Position numbers and translations under genes: made by a program. Below are positions 1 to 9,200 of a stretch of DNA of 37,378 nucleotides, one piece after another (the stretch's first letter is position 1; the number at the start of each line of letters is the position of its first letter). The notes under the pieces were generated by a model. It had not been told where the DNA came from. It saw only the letters and a program-made list of their open reading frames with translations, and did not search any database. Source of the stretch: a virus (Duplodnaviria; Caudoviricetes); IMG/VR virus record IMGVR_UViG_3300030207_001617, positions 1 to 37,378 of that record. The stretch is one strand, 5' to 3'.

Positions 1-265
1 CGTAGAAAGCGTTAGCTCTGTTCTCGTATCCAAACCTAGCGATTTTACGAACACCCATAGATAAGCTATAGTCAAACGGAGTTGCTATAGTTTCTTGAGT
101 TAATCCATCAGTAACAGAATATATAGTTTGATCTGACACTGAGTTACCTCCATTAACAGCCGCGTAGAATGTAGAAAACTTAAACGCTTTCTTTAACTCT
201 TGAGCTTGCAGTGTTATGCAACTAAATAGTAAGGTTAGTAATAAACTTAATCGTGGTAATAACAT
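1..265 (-). CDS. Partial (runs off left edge) secreted or outer-membrane-like protein with Sec signal peptide
   Basis: Manual translation from ATG at 265: MLLPRLSLLLTLLFSCITLQA|QELKKAFKFSTFYAAVNGGNSVSDQTIYSVTDGLTQETIATPFDYSLSMGVRKIARFGYENRANAFY, open to the window edge. Overlaps the giant gene's 3' end by 19 nt. Not in the ORF track. Confidence 0.8.
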   Translation of the reverse strand, partial: MLLPRLSLLLTLLFSCITLQAQELKKAFKFSTFYAAVNGGNSVSDQTIYSVTDGLTQETIATPFDYSLSMGVRKIARFGYENRANAFY

Positions 266-3200
266 TTTCCTGATTTATTTGTTGTTTGCATTTTACACCT
301 AACGCCACTTGCTTTGACGTGTGTGCATTGTGTTTTCTTTCCATCCGGTCGTTGTTCAACTTTTTCGTGAATAGTACAATAACTTTGACCTGGTAAAACT
401 TTTTTACCGCAGCGCTTACCAGACTTGTTTATAGCAGCACATGTAATACTCTTTTCATCTACGCCGTCTTCACGCTGTAAGTTTTGCTCTTCTATATGTT
501 CCTGTATTATAGCTTCGTTTTGAGCGTCGATTTCGGCTTGCTTCTCTATTTTCTTTTGCTCTCGCCTTTCTTCTGCTTCAACAGCTTTAATTTCTTTTAC
601 CTCATCACGAGCAGTCATAACATCTTGGTTTCGTATGCCAAAATTATATCTACTCCAACCTAAGAATATAGCTATACGTTGCCATGTTTCATTATCAGAG
701 TTTAAAGCTTCTTGTATGTTTTGATACTTATTATACATCCTGTGAAGCGGTAAATTAGTAGTAGCCTCAACAATGTTAAATAAAGCATCGTACATAGGAT
801 TATCAAGATCTGTTTTATCCATATGTTTTATAACATCTCTATTAAACTCCCACGTTTGAAGAGCACTATACATTTTTCTAGCTTTAATTCCAATTGGTGG
901 AGATAAATTAAGACCTTCTAGTAGAGTATACGCGTGGTCTGGTTCTGTATAAAACTTACCATCATCAGCTTTCTTTTCTTGCTCCATAAATTCCAGTATA
1001 GTATTCTTCACTGTTGATACAACTGCTCCGGCTATACCAGCTCCACGAAGTACACTATCCATCATACCGTTTAACAATCTAACTTTCTTGTCTTCTGTTA
1101 ATTCATCTTCCTCGTCGTCACCAAATAATGCTGCAAATAATCCTTGTTGTAACCCGTAGAATATAAGACTCTGAACCATACCATAGTATAAAATCTTTGA
1201 CCCGTGTTCCTTAGGGTCGCCTCTACCGTTAATCCAGTCTTGCGCTGCTCGCTTCATCAATCTATTATACTGCATAGGTGTATTTTGGAAAGCAAGTATC
1301 AGCTTACCAAGTGGAGAAGCTTGTTGCTGAGATATTTTATCTTCTCTAGTAGACTGCTGAGTTTCCTCAGCGATCTCTTGCATATCTAAGAACGCTTGAC
1401 TCTCTGCCTCAGCACGAGACATTCCTTTTTTCATATAAGATTTAACTCTATTTCTATAGAACATCGCTCCACCAGTAGCAATAGCCGCGCTGTCACCAAT
1501 TTGAGTTGGTGTAAAACCAACTCTAAGTAGATACGCTATAAGAGATTTCATAGGATTTTTAGAACCCTGCATTTCTTTCAATAGCTCAGCGGCGTTTAAG
1601 TCTGTACCAATACCGCCGCGTCTTTGTTTTAACCATGGTGAATTAAATATCATAGCTATATCTGCTACAAATTGAGGTAAATTTGCAACCGCACCAGCAG
1701 CTTTTAACGGGTTATTATCGTGCCAGTTAATAAAGTTCAAAATAGATAACTGCTGAAGTAATGCAGATCTTGCGTTGAAGAACATTGTTGCACCTATAGA
1801 CCCATGAACCCAATTTACGAAATTGTTCATCATCTTATTGCTACCGAAGTTTCTAGTACTTCCTGTGCGCATTCGATATAACATATCTTCTAAAGCTTCT
1901 CTAAACCTAGTACCATATACAGCTTCAATCTTGTTTAAGTTTTCTTCGTTAAATACAATATCAGAATTCTCAATAAATTCTCTTAGATATATTTCACGTG
2001 CATTTGCTAAAGCATCTGATATATCAGATTCTATAGTACCTGCTAGCCAGCTGTTATCAGGGGTTATATCTTGTTGAACTGATTGTTGCATAATACTGTT
2101 TAATCCATCAGCAAACGCTCTCAATCCTTCATCTTTTTTAACGACATCTAACAAACTATCTAAATCAGTTTGAGATAGACCTGGAACTTCTATGCCCATG
2201 CGATTCCAGTTGTATACCCTTATAGCATCTTGATATGTAAATTCCATACCAGGTATAGTTTTTCTTAGCTTTCTTTTTACTTCAGGCAAAGCGTTCTTAA
2301 GTTGCTTAACATCATTTGCCACAGCTTGTTTAACAGCGTTTAAATGACGTATTCCTTTAGAAAACGGATCAAACAAGTTTTTCTTAAACCACTCGTGATG
2401 TTGTTCTCCTATCTTGCCTTTACCAAGGAACGAATATATTAATCCCTTAAAATCTTCTGCTGAAGGCGGTAAGAAGAATTGAAACTTACCTTTATCTCTA
2501 CCTCGTTTATTAGCCTTAGCTGGAGAAAATCTTTTTTGTCTTCCTACACCCTTAGTCTCTTCTAATATAGTATTGAAGTCTCTACTTAAATCTAATTCTC
2601 CTTGCTCTAGAATTTTGCTTAATCGGTTCGCGCCTTTTCTACTAAACTCTATTTTAGCTTGTTGCGTAACACCTTTAACATCAAATCTATTTAATACATC
2701 TTGAACAGCTTCTACATTTTGCATAGCATCATCTGCAAAGTATATATCATTATATCCTTTACCAATTATATTTTCAGTGATCCAATCAGCTTTAGCTTTA
2801 CCTGTAGAATTCCCTAAACCAACTATATTTTCCGAAGGTATTCTTAAACCTATAGAATCTAAAAACTGTTTAATAGCAGGCTGTGATTCTGGAGCTCTTG
2901 CTGTTAAAATAAATGTATCTTTTGTTCCAAACTTTTTAGCTCGCTCTAAAGCTTTATCAAATAAAGGACCTGGTTTACCACCTTGAACTTTATTGAATTC
3001 AGAGAAATCAAACACATGTCCTTGATCTAGCAAGTCTTTACCTCGTTTAGCAAACTCTTCTGCGGTTAATCTACCTGTTGTACCGTCGGCAGCAGTAAAT
3101 AGTACATCAGATTCTGTTCTAGCTAATGTATCATCAAAATCCCATACACTAACACCTTTTCTACCATCAGAAGGTTTTCTTGAAAACTCTAAAGCTACAT

Positions 3201-6200
3201 TGGCAATACGGGTTTGTTCGATAGCTTCTATTTTTGGCTGTAGTATTTCAGCAACTCTAGCTCTTAAATCTGCGACATCTGATCTTTGAGCTTGCTTATC
3301 TAACTTAATAAAACCTACATTCCATTCTGGATCCTTAAGGGTTAACTCGTTAAAGTATCTAACGAAGGCATCGTCATCTAGGTTTTGTAATTCATATAAC
3401 GCTGTCTGAAGACCCCTTGCTTTCAAGACATCATCCATACGCTTAGATATTATAGACACCTTGAAGTTATTTAACATACTTGTGCTAGCTCCTTCTCCAA
3501 ATAGTTCAGCATGTACTAATCCTAGCCCAATAGCAACACGTTGCTGCATGTGTTCATATACCGCTTCGCCTGGATGAGATTTACCGTTTATTTTGTTGAA
3601 CGTGTTATTATCCTTATGCCACTGCTGTATTTTTTCAATACCTAATCCCTGCCAATTAGGTGGCAGTAAATCTTCTGATATACCTTCTAACATAGCGGCT
3701 CTACCAAGAACTGGTTGCATATTAGAAAGTAGGTTAGATACAAGCATTTGCATGTGTTTAGCACCTATTTTTTCGTTATTATATAACTCGCTATAGTGTT
3801 TTATTTGATCTACTAATATCTCACCAGCATACTCTGCGTTGGCATTACGCCTGCTTAACTCGTCAGTATTATTGAAGTAATCATGCAGCCATGCGTCTAC
3901 AGCAGATTTAGACGTTTGAGGGCTTATAAAGTCTTTAGGTTCTGCTGGTCTATAAACAACTTCACCAGCTTTATTTGTCTTTGTTCTATACTTATTTTTA
4001 CCACTAGTATATCTATCTGGTACAAGTATTTGCTCGTTGTTATATGTTATAGATGAGTAATCTATAATACCTTTGTCCGTTAGATTGAACTCAAGACCTG
4101 GTATTGATCGCCAAACTTGTTCAATATATAAAGGTCCAGTAAAATATTGATTTCTATTACCACCGATTTTAGCAGCGGTATGTAGTTGCTGACCTATAGT
4201 AACTATAAACCGCATAATCTCATAGCCCTGCTTTTGAGGATCTTTATGCTTTGTTTTTATTTTATTAACACGCTGTTGTATATAAGCAATAGCTTGAGCT
4301 TGCATCTCTGCTACATACGTACCTTTAGGATCTTTCATCTCCCACGTCATTTGACCAGTACCAAAGAAGGTTCCTAGCTTCGTGCTCTCATCTAAACTTT
4401 GTTTATAAAGCCCATCAACAATTTGTTGCTCTACTACTGGAGCTCGATCTTCTGTAATTCTACTCTGCGCCTTTACGGTATTACCCATGGCAACTTTCAT
4501 AGCAGCGTTTGCAATAATACTTATCTCCTCTTGGGTTAACGCATCTTTGTATACTTTATTAACAGCGGACTCTATAGCTGGCTTAGTAAATTTCTTTTCT
4601 TTATTTATTTTCTTACCATCTTCTATAGCTATAGCGTTTGATACTATTGCTTGAGCTAAAAGAGGCATTCTTGTATAAAAAATATTCTGAGACTCTGTAC
4701 CTAGTTTACTTATAGCTTGAGGGATAGCTGCAAAACCTGCACCAGCTGTTCTACTTCTATTTGGTTTCCTAGAAAACATCAACGCTCCTTTACCATCTCC
4801 AAGTAAAGCTATATCACGAGTTGGATTTGTTGAGTTATCAATAGCTACTTGTCTCAATGTTTGATTGGCTGTGATTACAGCTGCTTGCGTAGCAAGTGCT
4901 CTTAATGCTCCATCAAACTTTTTATTGTTTTCAAATGTACCGTCAGTGTTAATACCAAACGCAGCGTTAAACTCTTCTATGGTAATATCACCTCTCTTAT
5001 TTTGAGCATATTTTTGACCTCCTTTTGGAGCAGCGCCTTTTTTAACTTCAACCCTTGGGCCTTTTTCATAAAACTTATTAAGTAAAACTCTAGGCAAACC
5101 AACAGCCATACCACTTTGGTTTTGACCTTCAGGTAACATGTCTAATAACGCTTGCGCGTTATCCACAACAAACTGTTGAGCAGCCGTTCTTTGAGTACCA
5201 TCAAGATCTTTATTTTCAACTATCTTTTTAGTAGGTATACCAAATTCATTTGCTACTAAGTCTATAACACCTTTAAGAGGAGCATTAGGTCCTACTAAAA
5301 GTTTCTTAACACCCTTGTAAGTTAGACCAGCTATATCTATTCCAGATGTTTCTACTATAGCTCTGATCTTATTTGCTAAAGCAGGCGCTGTGTTTAGACT
5401 TGCCAAGAATATAGTTAGTCCATCAGCCCCTTCGTTCATTGATATGCCCTCATCAGGAGTAGCGTCGGTATCTGCAAGACCTTCAGCATATGTTGTACCA
5501 GTATCATCCATCGGCGCGTCAAAAGAAACGGTAGATACTGTAGTAGCGAATTCCTTTTTCACGTCTCTTATCGCGTATCTTATAGCAGCGTTTTCCATGC
5601 CAAAAGTACCAGCCAACCAACCGAATAAACTCTCGTTTTTAGCAGGATTAAATTGAGTTAGATATCTCATGCTAAGATTATCTTTAACTTTATTCATAAA
5701 CACCTGAAGCTTTCCATCCGACAAATCCAAACCTTCTTGAATAGCAACGCCTCTTATAAGGCCGTCTAACTTTGTGGTGTTTCTGATAAGCTTATATGCT
5801 TCATCCATCAAGTTAGGGTGTTGTAACAACTCTTCTTTAGTAGTTATTCTAGTACCATCAGGTTTCATTATGGTATTATCAAACTCCATTAATAAAGATG
5901 GATCTGATCTTAATAAATTATCAACAGCTCTTGAGAAAGAAACGGCTCCTTCAGTTTCACGAATATCCTTTTGAAGTTCTTTAAGAGTTACAACCTTATC
6001 TTCAGTAAGAGTTTCGCCCTTCCAGTTTGTACCGGCAGGTATTGTCAAAGATAACTCACCAGTGATACCATCTTTCTTTACAGCTGATTTTAACAAAGTT
6101 CTATTTACGTAATTCTTTTTTACGGAATCAGAATAGTTAATAAGAAATCTTTTTAAGTTCTCTTGAGTACCAAAAGAATAACCTGCACCTGTACCAGCCA

Positions 6201-9200
6201 TGCCAAGAATACGATCAACCATACCTCCAATTCTACCTAAACCTTTGCGTTTAATTTTGACGTGACCGTTTATCATAGCTTCACTGAGATTAGTCATCAT
6301 CTCCTCGCCATTTAACATACCGTCTTCATAAGATAGTATTTTACCCCAAAAGTTCATCATAGCATTTTGGTTTGTCCATTGGACATCACCGCTTTGCAAT
6401 AACTCAATCATGTTCTTAGCAAACAACTGTCTAACTACAGGGTCTTGGTGGATTGAATTATGTAATACGCTATGTAAAAACTCGTGGGCAGCGGTAGTAA
6501 AGTTACCATCTTTAAGAGCCGTATCTTTATTAATGAACAATTCGTAACCAACAACTTTGTTACCCTCTATAATAGGGAAGAATGTGCCATATTGGCCTGA
6601 TCCCTCTTGAGCTGCTGTTTCTCGTAAAATAGGAAGAATAGCATTTATATTATCTATATGACGCTGCGCATCCGCTTTCTCTTGTTCTGTTGTATCCTCA
6701 TTTTCTACTATTTCTCGATAGTATTTTATTGTGTCGCTTACAGTTTTAGGATCTAAAGCTCCTTGCTCCGCTTTTTCTCGTAAATACGTTAATAGTTTTT
6801 CTGAATCTCCTTCAAGAGTTGTTATCGCAGTTTTATTTCCAAACGCTCTCTTACTAAAGTGTTTAGCTTGCCTCTTAATATTACGCATAATCTTGTCGTA
6901 ATTATTAATAACAATGTTTGGGGTATATTGATCAAGTAACTTCTGTCGCTTGTTTTCAATTTTATTAATTTCATTCTGAAGATCTTGAAGTCGTTTTAAT
7001 TGTTCGTCATTAGGTGTTTTTCCTTTTCCAACTTCTTTCCATATTTCAGCAATCTTAAACCTTAGGTTTGATTGTTTTTTAAACCATCTGTTTAATCTCT
7101 TTTTCTCAGCAGGCTTGAAAAGTGCCATTCTTTGGGTATCGACTTCTTGAAGTTTGGCGAGTTCAACTTCCAGATCTGCTAGTTCTTGACTTATCTCATC
7201 TAGCAATTGCTTTTTCATTCTACCTTCTGGTAATGTTAAAGCATCAGCTTTTCTTTCCTCTAGTTTCTTTCTACGCGCGGCAACCGAGTCAAGCATACTC
7301 TTTGTATCAGGATGCATAAATGGAGCTATCGCGTGAGAAAACATAGGTCCTGATTTTATAGTACCAGCAACAAGTAGACCGGTTACAAAAGCCTCATCAA
7401 CACCATCAAATAAACCTACGTCTTTACCTGTTAGTATATCAAACCAATTCTCTCCAGTTCTAGCTAATGCTTCTGAAGCGCCCTCTGAAAGAAACTGGCC
7501 AGTATGCAAACCCGCGTGCTTTAAACCACTTGTACTAAAAACATTCTTAGCCATATATTTCTTAAAGCCCAATGATTTCATTTCACCCCAAGCAGCAGCT
7601 CTACCCGCGCGAGTCATACCCTTTGTTGCGTCCGCTATTATACCGTATGTAACTCTTTCTGATAAACCTTCAACTACACCGGTTCCTATAGAGGCGACGA
7701 ACATCTCGGCCATACTGTAATTGTGACCATACAAACCATCTGTTTCTCTATACAGCTCGTTTTCTTCACGCATACGCTTGTATTTAGAACCCATTGCGTT
7801 TGCACTTAAAGTACCTAAAGAAAAGTATTGAACTCCTTGCTTCGCAGTAAGTCTACCACCCATTGTTAATAGAGCTCTTGTAGTTAGTTTTCTTGAAGCC
7901 ATCCCAGCAAGCGCTGCGCTACTTATACCAGACGTAGCTAACATAAGAGCTAGCTGAGGTAATTGCTGGCCAACTGCCGTTGCTGCGAACTCACCAAAAT
8001 CACCCCAAGAATCTACCTCACTCATTCTTATAGGAGCTTGTATGTATTTATCTTTATCTTGCTTATAAGTTTCAATAGCATCTATAACTCGCCTATCGCC
8101 CCACATAGTGGTTTGGTACCAGTCCCAAATTTCTTCTTTTTCCTCTCCTTCTTCGTCTTTTTCTAACCAACCAGCCTCTTCAAAATCTGGTTCCGCTAAT
8201 TCTTCCCAACCTTTACTCATCCCTGCCATTACAAGATCTCCAACCATTCCGCCAATTTCTATAAAACCAGTAGCTAAATCAATAGCCCCGTTATAAACAG
8301 CGTTAGCGAACTTAACACCTTGTCCGACTTTATCTCCAATGACTTCTTTATACCAACCTATATCTTCAAACTCAATAGTTACGTCATCAAGTTGTTTTTC
8401 AAAGTTTTGTGCTATACCGGTATAGACCTTATGAGCATCTAAATGCGTTTTTATTTTGTCTCTAGCGGCATTATATGTGTTTCGTATACGATCCAATTCT
8501 TTGTTAGCAGCATCGACCTCTTCTTGAGTAGTGTATTTCTTACTCATGATTTCATCGATAGCATCTTCGGCTGTTTTACCGTTAAAACGTAATCTATCAA
8601 AACTAAGTATAGCTTTGTCTAAAGCTTCTCTATTACGTTCTATTTGTCTGTTTATACCTTTTACAGCTCTAACCTTTTCTTTTTGATCAGCGTCAAGTTG
8701 ATTGTATCGTACTTTAGCCTCGTCGTCTAGCTCTTGTTGAAACTCTTCTTCTGCCCACCACGCAGAACTAGAAGCGTTTAAAGTTTCCATTATATTCGCT
8801 TGACCGTCTTCTATATCTAGTTGTCTCTTTTTTGAACGAATTATAGTCTCTCTAACAGTTGGATCACTAGCATTAACGCCTTGTTTAATATCGTTAAACG
8901 ACGGTAAGTTTTCTAACAAATCAGCATACTCTGGATACTTAGAGGCAATTAAAGCACTTGGGTTATCAGACTTCATTATTTCGCGTATCATCTCTGACGA
9001 TACTCCAGGACCTAGTATACCTAATCTATCCGCCTCGGCCTGTGAACCTCTACCAGATTCTGGCGCTGCTTCTTTTATAGCTTTATCAAGTTGATCTATA
9101 AATAAGTCTTTAGACACCACGTCTATTTGCCTATCACTTATTTTATTATATTCAGCGTTTTCGCCGTTGTTGAAAAAGTATTCAGTTATTTCGTAACCTT

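Noticed and set aside
3127-3141. DFDDT in the giant protein as the DxDxD catalytic loop of a crAss-type virion RNA polymerase
   Set aside because: The motif is DxDxT preceded by a hydrophobic strand and followed by HAD motifs II-IV. I found no DFDxD double-psi-barrel motif elsewhere in the protein.
6850-6858. HFSKR (aa 1341) as a fifth processing site upstream of the zincin
   Set aside because: It deviates from FSR and lacks the shared upstream context; FSK and FSH also occur elsewhere, so it may be chance. Not counted.
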